Positions 45,347 through 54,810 of a stretch of 64,000 bases of DNA are shown here, piece after piece. Within the stretch, counting starts at the first letter, position 1. Every line of letters begins with the position of its first letter. The DNA comes from Eubacteriales bacterium (GTDB lineage Bacteria > Bacillota > Clostridia > Oscillospirales > Oscillospiraceae). The notes below the pieces were generated by a model that saw only the letters and a list, made by a program, of their open reading frames with translations, had not been told where the DNA came from and searched no databases. A program made the position numbers and the translations under genes. The stretch lies in assembly GCA_048215895.1 (NCBI GenBank), contig DBFWXD010000461.1, forward strand, positions 14,231 through 78,230, given 5' to 3'.

Positions 45347-45554
45347 TTAAGATTCCTGTTCCACCAACGGCAGGTTGTTGCCTCCGGTTCCCGCACGGGC
45401 AGAGAAAGTCGGAGCGATAATGTGCGGCCCGGTATATCTGGCGTCGATGCCGTGGTTTTCATACACCAGAGCTTGATGCCCATGTTCTTGAGCAAGCAGG
45501 TTTTCCGTGATACTCTCCGATGCCGTCAAACAGGCTGCCCATGGTCATAGCACT
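45347..45554 (-). pseudogene. Remnant of a C5 cytosine DNA methyltransferase gene
   Basis: MSAMTMGSLFDGIG (motif I start) joined out of frame to HGIDARYTGP...ARAGTGGNNLPLV; catalytic motifs missing. Confidence 0.6.
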
Positions 45555-46456
45555 CATTTTGTCACCACCGCCGCAATCGTCTGGGTGGTATGTACCGCAG
45601 CCTGAGCGGTATAGACCGCACTCATAATATTGGCATGGGTAGTGGTGTCCAATCCGAAGGTCCCGGCAATTCTGGGGACCTCTCCTGAGGAGAGCATAAG
45701 GCCCAGCCCCAAAAGAGCATGGTCCCGGAAGACCATCAGGCCCGCCACCAGAATAATGGCTTGCAGAAATGCGGTCAGGCACAGACCGATGACTTGCTTG
45801 ATCCACTGTACGAAACCGTCCACGTACCCTCGGGGAATGCTAAACATATATAGGCTGCCAACGGCAATCTGGATGAGCAGGATGCCGCCCCGCTTCAGAT
45901 TTGCAAAAAAGACTTTGATTACTGCGTAGGCCATAAGGATGATACAAAAAAGCAGCATGATGGGACTGGTAATCACACCAAAGCCGAAATCCAGTGTCAC
46001 TTCAGACATATCCGCGATGCTCTCTACACTGCTGAGGTCGGTGATAATCTGCTGACCCACATCTCCGATGCTAGTTCCGTAGCCAGTCAGCCCCGCGCTG
46101 AAAGTCCCCTGAAGGGATATGGCCAGCGCATAGAGGCGGACCGGCAAAACCGAGAACAGGCTTGCGGCCAAAAATCCTTTGATAGCGTTGAGTGCCGTAT
46201 GCTTGAGATTAGCACGGCCTGTGGAATACTCGATGCCAAACTCAAAGGCGCAGACCACAAGACTGACGCCGTACATGGCCCAGCCCAATTGAGAAAAAAA
46301 CAATACAACTGCCTGCACCCATTCCAGTTCAAAAAGCTCGACCCCCATGTTGCCCATAGCCGCGAAAAAGTTTCCAAGAAAGCCGACCACCTGACCATAG
46401 AACCAGTCGATCAGGTTGTCCATGACGGTGGCGGCTACAAAATCCCAAATAAAAAT
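45554..46456 (-). CDS. VirB6/TrbL-like polytopic membrane protein (start ATT 46456 or ATG 46423)
   Basis: Multiple TM segments, KRGGILLIQI, WIKQVIGLCLTAFLQ. Confidence 0.78.
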   Translation of the reverse strand: MFIWDFVAATVMDNLIDWFYGQVVGFLGNFFAAMGNMGVELFELEWVQAVVLFFSQLGWAMYGVSLVVCAFEFGIEYSTGRANLKHTALNAIKGFLAASLFSVLPVRLYALAISLQGTFSAGLTGYGTSIGDVGQQIITDLSSVESIADMSEVTLDFGFGVITSPIMLLFCIILMAYAVIKVFFANLKRGGILLIQIAVGSLYMFSIPRGYVDGFVQWIKQVIGLCLTAFLQAIILVAGLMVFRDHALLGLGLMLSSGEVPRIAGTFGLDTTTHANIMSAVYTAQAAVHTTQTIAAVVTK

Positions 46457-46536
46457 AGAGATTCACCTCGCTGTCACGGAGCCGTGCCAGCTGGGTGGAG
46501 GGGGCCGCGCAGCCGACACGGCCCCAGATATTTTTC

Positions 46537-46968
46537 TTACATCGTCTGCTCCCACTGCGGTCCTTCTGTCTGGGACTGCTCCTGAAAAACATCCAAATAA
46601 CTTCCCACTGCGTCAGACAGTTCCTGATAATCACGGCTGCTGGGCTGATAGACATACCAAGCGATTTTTCCGTAGTCATCCCAGAGGTGGGGAATGATCC
46701 CATTTCTGAAATTAGGATTACTGGTATGCCTTTTCCCGAACAGATCTGAAAACTGCAGTAGAAGGTTATCCACGGCTCCCTCATCCCGATTCAGGATGGT
46801 CAGGCGAAGGGCGTCATACTGGCTGGCGATATGGGTGGAGATAAATTGGATCTTGGCCCGATTCATCTCACTTAGCCGCACATAGCAGGCCCTCCCAACA
46901 TAGGTGGCATCTGGGTAGCTGGGGCTGACAATCTTCCGCAGTTCCTGCTCGAAAGTATTGATACCCAT
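46537..46968 (-). CDS. Hypothetical ICE protein
   Basis: 143-aa ORF in the operon. Confidence 0.7.
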   Translation of the reverse strand: MGINTFEQELRKIVSPSYPDATYVGRACYVRLSEMNRAKIQFISTHIASQYDALRLTILNRDEGAVDNLLLQFSDLFGKRHTSNPNFRNGIIPHLWDDYGKIAWYVYQPSSRDYQELSDAVGSYLDVFQEQSQTEGPQWEQTM

Positions 46969-46971
46969 GTC

Positions 46972-47310
46972 TTAGATCCCCACAATACCCCAGATATAGT
47001 TGGGGGCCAGCAGAACGAAGATCAGGCAGACAAACAGGATGGCAGGGCCAGTCCACTCAAACTGTCCGTGCTTGCGATAGTCGAAGTAGCACATCGCCAG
47101 TTTGACAAAAAACGCGATTGCTAAGATCATGCTCAATGCGGGAAACACCACGCTGTCCACTACCGTCTTGATTTGACTGGCGGCATCTGTCCAGGTCTGC
47201 TCTACTGCTCCGGCCACATCGCCGCCGGCGGCAAAGGCGGGAACCGCACAGGTCATCGCCAAAACGAGAGTGGGCAGCAGATATCTCACCCAATTTTTGA
47301 TACGATTCAT
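46972..47310 (-). CDS. VirB2/pilin-like small membrane protein
   Basis: Signal peptide (PAFA), then two TM segments. Confidence 0.65.
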   Translation of the reverse strand: MNRIKNWVRYLLPTLVLAMTCAVPAFAAGGDVAGAVEQTWTDAASQIKTVVDSVVFPALSMILAIAFFVKLAMCYFDYRKHGQFEWTGPAILFVCLIFVLLAPNYIWGIVGI

Positions 47311-47333
47311 CAATGACACCTCCATAAAAATAG

Positions 47334-47361
47334 GAGGACCGTCCCGGTCAGGACGGTCCTC
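47334..47361 (-). terminator. Hairpin after the adhesin gene
   Basis: GAGGACCGTCC-N6-GGACGGTCCTC followed by TATTTTT on the minus strand. Confidence 0.6.
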
Positions 47362-47379
47362 TCTGGGATGACTGGGGCT

Positions 47380-50300
47380 TTAATAGCCGGTGCGAGGCAA
47401 GGGCTTGGAGGGCTTGTAGACTTTGGTTACCCACCGACTGGTGGCCATGATCCACTGACCGTCATAAACACCGCCCACATCGGCCTGATTGGTAAACTGG
47501 CTTCCTCCGGTGATCCAGGAGACTACCTTGCAGTATACCTGCGGCGCCTCCACCTGCCGGAAGTTTCCGGGGACGATGCCGAAGGACACCATGAACTGCG
47601 TCACGCACTCGTTGGAGGCAAGACCCAGCGCGGCGGGCGAGGCGTCCAGCACATAGTTCTGCTGAGTGGAGAGGTTGTCCGCCAGAACATACCAGTTCTC
47701 TCCGCTGAGATTGGTCCGGTACACGATCTTGTAATTGCCGGGAACGTTATAGGTTCCAGTTACGATCCGTTCCAGCCGCACCGCCTGGGTAGGTAACGTG
47801 TCCCTCCAATAGAAGGATGTGAGGCTGGTGGTGGAGTTATTTGCGATGCTGCTGAGGTCATAGCGAATCTGCTGACCGGGCATGACCTCCACATAGCCGG
47901 TCTTTTTGATGCTTACATTGGTATATAGGCTCTTGTTTGTCATAGCCGCCTTGACAATCTGACCCTCATGCTCGATCTCCACCTCAATGGGCGTCTTGTC
48001 CAGGCCGTAGAACTCCGCAGACTTGGACTCTACGATCTTGTACCGCCCCAGGGGCAAGGGTTTGGAGACCGCCCGTCCATTCTTGTCTGTCCGAATGGTA
48101 TCCACCAGATTTCCGGTGCGGTAGTGGTAGATTTCAAACACCGTGTCGGGAATGGGTGTGCCGGCGGGCCAGCCGTTCATGCTGTTGTAGTCGGCACTGG
48201 TCTTGGTAATTTGGATCTGTCCGGTGATGGGGGTGTTCTCCCACTCCACCTCGGTGGTCTCGCCGGACTTCACATAGATGGTTTTCTTCTGTGTGTCGGG
48301 TACATAGCCCTCATTCTCCAGCTCCCGCAAATAGTAGCGCCCGGGTTCCAGATCCTCGAATCGGGCATAGCCCCTGTCATCGGTGGTCTGCTGGTCAATG
48401 GGAGTGTTGGTGCTGTCATAGAGCAGGAAGGTCACTCCGTAGATTCCATCTCCGGTGATGCTGTTGGTCTTGTGGAGTAGGATTCCGGAGACCGCTCGAT
48501 TGGTCACCACCACAGGCTGTGCCTTGCCATCCTCTACCTCAAAGTAGTGGGGTGTGCTGTCCAGGCGGAATCCATCCGGTGCCTGGATTTCTACAGCATA
48601 GTAGCTGCCATCCTCCAAGGTGACTGTAACTTTGCCGGTCTTGTCCGTTGTCACAGTATCCACCAGCTCGTCATCCAGCTTGCGGATTTCAAATGTGGCG
48701 TTGGGAAGCCGCTGGTCGCGGTCTGCTTCATTGACCTTGATGATTTCCACACCGCCGATGGGGTCATTATAGAAGGTCAGGGTCTGCATATCCGCAGGAT
48801 TAACCACAACCGTCTGGGTCTGGGTGGCAGGATCGATGGTATAGCCGGGGATGGTCTTTACCTCCTTGGCCACAATGGTTCCGGTAATCCCGGTGATCCG
48901 GATCTCACCGTTCTGATCGGTGGTATAAAGGCCCTTGCTGGACAGGTGGCCGTGGTCGGCATCCACGAAGCTACCGTCGGCATAGGTCAGCTGAAATTCC
49001 ACGCCGGGAAGCAGTTTGCCGGTCACGCTATCCTTCTTCACAATGACCAGGCCGCCCTGCTTCTGGTTATAGAAGCGAAGTGTTTGAACCTCGCCTTCCT
49101 TGATCTGGATGGACTTGGGAGTGGTATCCAAAACGAATCCATCCGGTGTCTTGGTCTCTCTGGCGGTCACAGTGGTGCCGGGAACAAGATCTGTGATGAC
49201 GATGCGTCCTGCCTCATCGGTGATGAACTCGCCGTTGCTCTTACCCACCACAGCGCCGCTGGAGTCGGTCACCAGGAAAGTCACACCCTTGATGGGGGTC
49301 GTGGTACCCTCGATGTATTTCTCAATGACCAGAGTGGTGCTGGGGGTATTAGTGAAATGGAGGGTCTGAGTATCATTGGGGTGGACCACCACAGTCTGGG
49401 TCTGGGTGGCAGGATCGATGGTGTAGCCGGGAATGGTCTTGATTTCCGTCACTACCAGCGTTCCTACCACACCGTCGATTTGAATCTTGCCCTCCTTATC
49501 AGTTACATACAGGCCGTTGCTGGAGATGTGGCCATTTTTGTCCGGCACATACTCACCGCTGGCGGTGGTGACCTTGAAGGTGACGCCGGCCAGGGGCTTC
49601 CCGGTGAGAGAGTCCCGCTTGTCAATAATCAGGGTTCCGGCCTGGGAGTTTTTGATGACTACGGTCTGCGTATCGCCCTTGGGTCCGATGACCACATTGG
49701 TAGAGGGCTGATCCATCACATACCCTTCCGGGGCCTTGATTTCCGTAATTACATAAGCGCCGGGGATCAGGTTTGTAATCCGGATCTCACCGCTGCTGTC
49801 TGTGGTAAAGATGCCATTCTGGGTGAGGGTGCTGTCACCGATGACGCCATTCAGCCCGACTTCGCACCCGGCAGCAGTGGTCACCCGGAACTCAGCACCG
49901 GGCAGGGGCTTGTTGGTTTCGCTGTCCCGCTTCTGGATGATTAGGGCGCCCTTGGGGGTATTCTTAAACGTCAGGCTGACCGTGCGCCCCTCTTTGATTT
50001 GAACTGTCTGGCTCTGCGTATCCAGAATAAATCCGTCCGGAGCGCGAGTTTCCGTTACTACCACGCTCTTGCCGGGTTTCAGACCGGAAATTCGGATCTC
50101 GCCGTTTTCATCGGTTCGGAAGATGCCGTTGGAATCTCCAATCAGGGTGCCATCCGCGTAGGCAATCTTGAACTCCGCATCCTGGAGTGTGATGCTGGGA
50201 TTGACATCGCAGACCTTGCGGATAAGCAGCATCCCATCCGGCATATTCTCAAATCGGACGGTAAGGACGCTTTGCTCACCGCTGTCTGCCAGGAAGACAG

Positions 50301-52971
50301 TTTCGGAGGACTGGATGATGGAGTACCCGTCTGCTGGGTCCACCTCCTCCAGAATGTAAGTTCCACTCTTGAGCCCAGTCCAGATGGCGGTACCGGTTTT
50401 CCCGGTGACCTTCTGGCCGATGACGGTGCCGCCAGTGCCGGAGGTCCCGCCAAGGTAGCGCAGCTGGAAGGTACAGCCGGGCAAAGCTTCATGGGTCACA
50501 CTGTCGTACTTCTCGACAATGATGGCGTTGAGGGGTTCATTCTGGAAGGTTACCGTCTTGCTCTCGCTGCCATGGAGGATGATCTTCTGGGTGGTGGGTT
50601 CTTTCATCTGGAATCCAGGGGCGGGCCGTACCTCGGTGATGGTATATTCTCCGGGATAGAGCCGCTTGCCCTGCTCGTGGAGCTTGATCTCGCCCTTGGC
50701 ATCCGTCAGGATCTCACCGAAGTCAATGGTTTCAGGAGCCTCCGCCGCCTCACCATTGCTGGTATATGTCACATGGAAAAGCGCACCCTCCACGGGAGCG
50801 CCGGCGACACTGTCTTCCTTGTAGATGGTCAGCTGAGGGGCTTTCCGATTTTTGAAGGTCAGCGTCTTTTCTTCCCCTGCATTGAGGGAAACGGTCTGCT
50901 CTCGGTCGGCATCCTTGTCCGGCAGATAATATGGGGCAGGGACCGCCATTTCCACGATTTTGTAGCTGCCGGGGGTAATCTGAAGCTTGACCGTGCCATC
51001 CTTGCCAGTGGTTACATCGCTTCGGTAGTCGTTGTCGATGCCGATGATACGGAACACGGTATCCGGAATTTTGACCGCAGGATCATCCGCATCCACCTTG
51101 GCGATGGTCAGCTCCGGCTGCTGCAGATTGTCGAATACCAATTCTCTGCTGTCGCCGGGGCCGAGGTAGATGGTTTGAGTGGGGGTGCTGCTGACCACAT
51201 AGGGGTCAGGGACAGATATCTCGGTCACGGTGTAGCTGTCTACAGGAATGCCGTTCAGGGTGGCCTTACCGTCGGGACCGGTGACTACATCCTGATGGTA
51301 GCCGTGCTGGATCCCCTTGATCTCAAAATGAGTGCCAGGGATACCATCGCCGGTCTGCTCATCCCGCTTGAAGATGGTGAGGTCAGGCAGTCGCTTATCA
51401 ACAGCGGTCACTCGGACGGTACCGCCTCCGTTCACCGTAGTCTGATCCACATGGGCAATGACCGGCTCCGTCAGGACAGCGTAGGGTTCCGGGACGGAAA
51501 CCTCAACGAAGGCGTACATACCCTCGGTCACGTTGGGAACGGTGATGATACCATCACTGCCCGTTTCTTCCGTTGAGATGATCTGTCCGTCCTTGACAAT
51601 GTTGAATACCGCACCGGGGAGAGGTTGATTGGACTCATCAAGCTTCAGCAGCTCCAGTTTGACCTTGGCGTCATTCTCAAAGACCAGAGAGACATCCGTC
51701 TTGCCATCCCAATGGAATTCCTGCCGAACCTTGCTAGGGTCAGAACTGGTGGTGTACCCGGTGGGAGGAGTGACCTCAGTTGCCACATAAGAGCCGATGG
51801 GCATCGTGTCCCAGGGTACGTCGGTCAGGTAGCCGCTCAGTCCTGTGGTGTAGGTACCCACGAAGCTGTTGTCGACGCCTTCAATCTTGATCACCGCGCC
51901 GGCAAGGCCCTTTGAGGGATCGTCCGCGTCCACCTTGCGGATGCTGCCCTCTGTGGTTACGATAGGAGTGTCTGTGAAGGTTACGACCACCTCGGTGCCG
52001 TTATCTCGGGGCAGCACCACATATTGAGGCCCGGCGTTGTCAATCTCGTAGCCCTCCGGGGCCTCCAGTTCTGTGATGGAATAGGTGCCTGCCTCAAGAG
52101 GGCCTACCTTCACAGACCCATCTCTGCCGGTGAGCACCTCTTTGGAGAAAGAGCCGTTGCTGGACTGGACCAGGAATTTTGCGCCGGACAACCCCTTATT
52201 AGGGTTGGTGGCGTCTACCTTCTTGATGGTCAATTCATACTGTTCTCTGGTGACGGTGAGCCGGCCAACAAAGACCGCCTGGACATCATTGGAAGGATGA
52301 TAGGAGGAGCCTGGACCTGCATAGTGGTACTCATAGACATCACAGTCGCCCCAAACGCCCTGCTCTCCAAGGGTCAGGATGTAGTCCGCCCGGTCACGGA
52401 AGGACCAGCCGTCCAATTCGTCGTCGATGTCGCTATAATGAGTGCCGTTCATATTATTGAAGACATACATCAATTCTTCTGCACAGGCTTCCACAGGGTC
52501 CGTGAGGAGACCTGCCTTGTAACGCCAGACGATTGCCTGCACCCAGGCGTTCATAACCCAGATGTAGTCTGGCCCCCAGGTCTCAGCAACACCGAGGGAG
52601 ATCGCCTCATCAGTGAATACGCCGGAGGTGTGGCAATAGAAGTATGCCATCATATTCTGTACAGTCGGGTCAGAGATTGGCTGAGGCTTGTCCCACTGAT
52701 GCCCTTCCAGAGACCAACCCATGCCCTTGCCCTTTTCGGAGCAGAAGCCCATGACGTTGGTCCCGCCGAAGTCATAGCGCATCTGGTGCATATAACAAAC
52801 GCCCAGTGCCGGAGACTCATAGCGGGTTCCGTTGTAGGTGCAGTTGGTCAGCTTGATCGTATTTGGTGTGGGCTCTGCAGCAAACGCGGCTGCGGGAAAC
52901 AGCCCAAGCAGACAGACCAGCACCAAAAGCGCAGCAATGATACGGGTATGCGGGAAATGAACCGTTTTCAT
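47380..52971 (-). CDS. Giant surface adhesin with many SpaA/CnaB-type repeats
   Basis: Signal peptide; repeated KxD...L.GA.F...Y...E..AP.GY...F.N units; ends LPRTGY. Confidence 0.9.
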   Translation of the reverse strand: MKTVHFPHTRIIAALLVLVCLLGLFPAAAFAAEPTPNTIKLTNCTYNGTRYESPALGVCYMHQMRYDFGGTNVMGFCSEKGKGMGWSLEGHQWDKPQPISDPTVQNMMAYFYCHTSGVFTDEAISLGVAETWGPDYIWVMNAWVQAIVWRYKAGLLTDPVEACAEELMYVFNNMNGTHYSDIDDELDGWSFRDRADYILTLGEQGVWGDCDVYEYHYAGPGSSYHPSNDVQAVFVGRLTVTREQYELTIKKVDATNPNKGLSGAKFLVQSSNGSFSKEVLTGRDGSVKVGPLEAGTYSITELEAPEGYEIDNAGPQYVVLPRDNGTEVVVTFTDTPIVTTEGSIRKVDADDPSKGLAGAVIKIEGVDNSFVGTYTTGLSGYLTDVPWDTMPIGSYVATEVTPPTGYTTSSDPSKVRQEFHWDGKTDVSLVFENDAKVKLELLKLDESNQPLPGAVFNIVKDGQIISTEETGSDGIITVPNVTEGMYAFVEVSVPEPYAVLTEPVIAHVDQTTVNGGGTVRVTAVDKRLPDLTIFKRDEQTGDGIPGTHFEIKGIQHGYHQDVVTGPDGKATLNGIPVDSYTVTEISVPDPYVVSSTPTQTIYLGPGDSRELVFDNLQQPELTIAKVDADDPAVKIPDTVFRIIGIDNDYRSDVTTGKDGTVKLQITPGSYKIVEMAVPAPYYLPDKDADREQTVSLNAGEEKTLTFKNRKAPQLTIYKEDSVAGAPVEGALFHVTYTSNGEAAEAPETIDFGEILTDAKGEIKLHEQGKRLYPGEYTITEVRPAPGFQMKEPTTQKIILHGSESKTVTFQNEPLNAIIVEKYDSVTHEALPGCTFQLRYLGGTSGTGGTVIGQKVTGKTGTAIWTGLKSGTYILEEVDPADGYSIIQSSETVFLADSGEQSVLTVRFENMPDGMLLIRKVCDVNPSITLQDAEFKIAYADGTLIGDSNGIFRTDENGEIRISGLKPGKSVVVTETRAPDGFILDTQSQTVQIKEGRTVSLTFKNTPKGALIIQKRDSETNKPLPGAEFRVTTAAGCEVGLNGVIGDSTLTQNGIFTTDSSGEIRITNLIPGAYVITEIKAPEGYVMDQPSTNVVIGPKGDTQTVVIKNSQAGTLIIDKRDSLTGKPLAGVTFKVTTASGEYVPDKNGHISSNGLYVTDKEGKIQIDGVVGTLVVTEIKTIPGYTIDPATQTQTVVVHPNDTQTLHFTNTPSTTLVIEKYIEGTTTPIKGVTFLVTDSSGAVVGKSNGEFITDEAGRIVITDLVPGTTVTARETKTPDGFVLDTTPKSIQIKEGEVQTLRFYNQKQGGLVIVKKDSVTGKLLPGVEFQLTYADGSFVDADHGHLSSKGLYTTDQNGEIRITGITGTIVAKEVKTIPGYTIDPATQTQTVVVNPADMQTLTFYNDPIGGVEIIKVNEADRDQRLPNATFEIRKLDDELVDTVTTDKTGKVTVTLEDGSYYAVEIQAPDGFRLDSTPHYFEVEDGKAQPVVVTNRAVSGILLHKTNSITGDGIYGVTFLLYDSTNTPIDQQTTDDRGYARFEDLEPGRYYLRELENEGYVPDTQKKTIYVKSGETTEVEWENTPITGQIQITKTSADYNSMNGWPAGTPIPDTVFEIYHYRTGNLVDTIRTDKNGRAVSKPLPLGRYKIVESKSAEFYGLDKTPIEVEIEHEGQIVKAAMTNKSLYTNVSIKKTGYVEVMPGQQIRYDLSSIANNSTTSLTSFYWRDTLPTQAVRLERIVTGTYNVPGNYKIVYRTNLSGENWYVLADNLSTQQNYVLDASPAALGLASNECVTQFMVSFGIVPGNFRQVEAPQVYCKVVSWITGGSQFTNQADVGGVYDGQWIMATSRWVTKVYKPSKPLPRTGY

Positions 52972-53184
52972 ATAAGATTCCTTTCTTTCCGTGGAAAGAA
53001 AGGCCGACAGGATCACATTTCCCAACAGGAAGCAAACAGGCTGTGGGGACCTGATCCCAACGGCCTGTTGCTTTCCGTATTCGTGATGGATTTTTACGCG
53101 CTATGCAGTTTGATGGCTATTCCTAACACCCCCTTGTATCAAAAAACCTACCTGCGGGTGCAGGTAGGCTTTCCGTGTAAGTTG

Positions 53185-53886
53185 TCATGATGCGTACGGA
53201 TTGACTGTTCCCGGCTTGCCAACGAACATATAGCAGTAGGTGACGCCGTTGTCACGTGCGACCCCGACTCCTATGCTGTCGGCATCCGAGGCGACCATGG
53301 TCTTCAGGTGGCCCGGTGAGTTCTCCCAGTTTCCCACGGCTTGCGCGGCTACATGTTCCACCTCGCATCCGGTGAATACGGTGAGATTGGAGCCGAACCC
53401 ATTGGGATAGCCATGCTCTGCCACCGTCTCGCACTCCTCCCGGTTGTGATGCCAGGTGTAGTGGCTGTCCGCGCACTCCTGAGCTGCTGCCATGAGCCGA
53501 TCATCAATGCGGAGGAACTGAACGCCATTCTGCATCCGAATGTTATTGATCCGCTCAACCATTTCGGAGCGCACGGCATCCAAATCATCAGTGGACAGCG
53601 ATGGCTGGCCGGTATAGGGCTTGTCACTCTCCATCTGGACGCAGTGATTTTCATTGTCCCAGTAGACATTGAAGCCGACCGCCTCACCAATGTCACGTAG
53701 CTTCACATAGTTGTTCCCATTGATGGTGTAGGCCTCCATCTGGATGGACCCTCCGTCCAGATAGAACTGGTTAGCACTGGGGTAAGCTTTGAGATATTCG
53801 ACTGCCGCATATGCCGCAGGACATGCCATAGTCATGCCGATGAGAATACCAGCTGTGACCATTGCCGCGTTTTTCTTTCTGCTCAT
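53185..53886 (-). CDS. Secreted CAP (SCP) domain protein
   Basis: Signal peptide, NNYVKLRDI, INNIR, WENSPGHLKTM, IGVG. Confidence 0.82.
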   Translation of the reverse strand: MSRKKNAAMVTAGILIGMTMACPAAYAAVEYLKAYPSANQFYLDGGSIQMEAYTINGNNYVKLRDIGEAVGFNVYWDNENHCVQMESDKPYTGQPSLSTDDLDAVRSEMVERINNIRMQNGVQFLRIDDRLMAAAQECADSHYTWHHNREECETVAEHGYPNGFGSNLTVFTGCEVEHVAAQAVGNWENSPGHLKTMVASDADSIGVGVARDNGVTYCYMFVGKPGTVNPYAS

Positions 53887-54027
53887 GACATTTCCTCCCT
53901 GCTTTTTTAGAATGAATGGGGCTTTTACAAATTATACGATAGCGGAAAGCAGGTCGGAAGTCGAGAGAAAAGGCGGATTGATTATGGAGAAAACTGCTTT
54001 CAAAATGAAGCGAAATGGACAAGTTGC

Positions 54028-54810
54028 TCAGGCTTCAACTGCCTGAACACACCAGCGGTTCTCACGCTGGTCCCGGACACAGGTATAGAGGGTAATCTTG
54101 TTTCCCACCGAGGCCTCCAAGCCGCTGCGGTCATTCTCACTGACCTTAGAGACCGAAGTCACCTTGTAGGTCCGGGTCCCCAGCCGTGTGGTCAGATGGA
54201 TCGTATCGCCTACCTCTAGTGTATGGATCTTTCCAAAATGGTTGTTGACGCCCCGGTTGTGGGCGGCCAGCGCCACATTGCCCTCCCAGATGGATGTCTC
54301 CTCAAAATGGCCTGCACCCTTTTTCAGCGTGGAGCTGCCGGTCCCCTCGTAGATCTTCACACTCAGGTCAATGGCAGGAATCTTCAGTGTACCCAGGTAT
54401 CCCCCGCTGTAATAAAGGTCATCTGTCACCTGGGTAAAGCCGATGGATGCGGAAGGTCTGCTGTCATCGGGAATCTGTGTCCCCGGTGTGATCACGGCAG
54501 AGCCGCTGCCGTTGATGACCGCACCGGGAATCGGCGCACCGGCGGGGGCCAGATTTGGCGTCAGATAGGTTCCAGTCCCTCTGGTATCCGCACTGGGTGT
54601 ACCGAAGCCGGGGGGAATCATTGCAGCGTTCTTGCTGACATCCTCGTTTTTGATTTCTCCGCCGTCTGCCGTATGCACCACCTCGATGGAGGTGGGGGTT
54701 CCGTACTCTGGGTCACCCGGTGCGTCAATCGTATAGTCCAATGCGCTGGCAGGAAGCGCAAGGGTGGTAGACAGGCACAAGGTCAAAATGGCCATCATTG
54801 TCTTTTTCAC
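54028..54810 (-). CDS. Sortase (class D-like)
   Basis: LKIPAI, GAGH, LAAHN, TLYTC, R. Confidence 0.88.
   Translation of the reverse strand: MKKTMMAILTLCLSTTLALPASALDYTIDAPGDPEYGTPTSIEVVHTADGGEIKNEDVSKNAAMIPPGFGTPSADTRGTGTYLTPNLAPAGAPIPGAVINGSGSAVITPGTQIPDDSRPSASIGFTQVTDDLYYSGGYLGTLKIPAIDLSVKIYEGTGSSTLKKGAGHFEETSIWEGNVALAAHNRGVNNHFGKIHTLEVGDTIHLTTRLGTRTYKVTSVSKVSENDRSGLEASVGNKITLYTCVRDQRENRWCVQAVEA

Noticed and set aside
48810..49445. Near-identical 45-50 bp repeats inside the adhesin as a second DGR or shufflon
   Set aside because: They are in-frame duplicated SpaA domains with synonymous differences; no nearby RT or invertase.
48547..53190. Long plus-strand ORFs (465, 525, 388 aa)
   Set aside because: Antisense shadows of the adhesin gene caused by codon bias.
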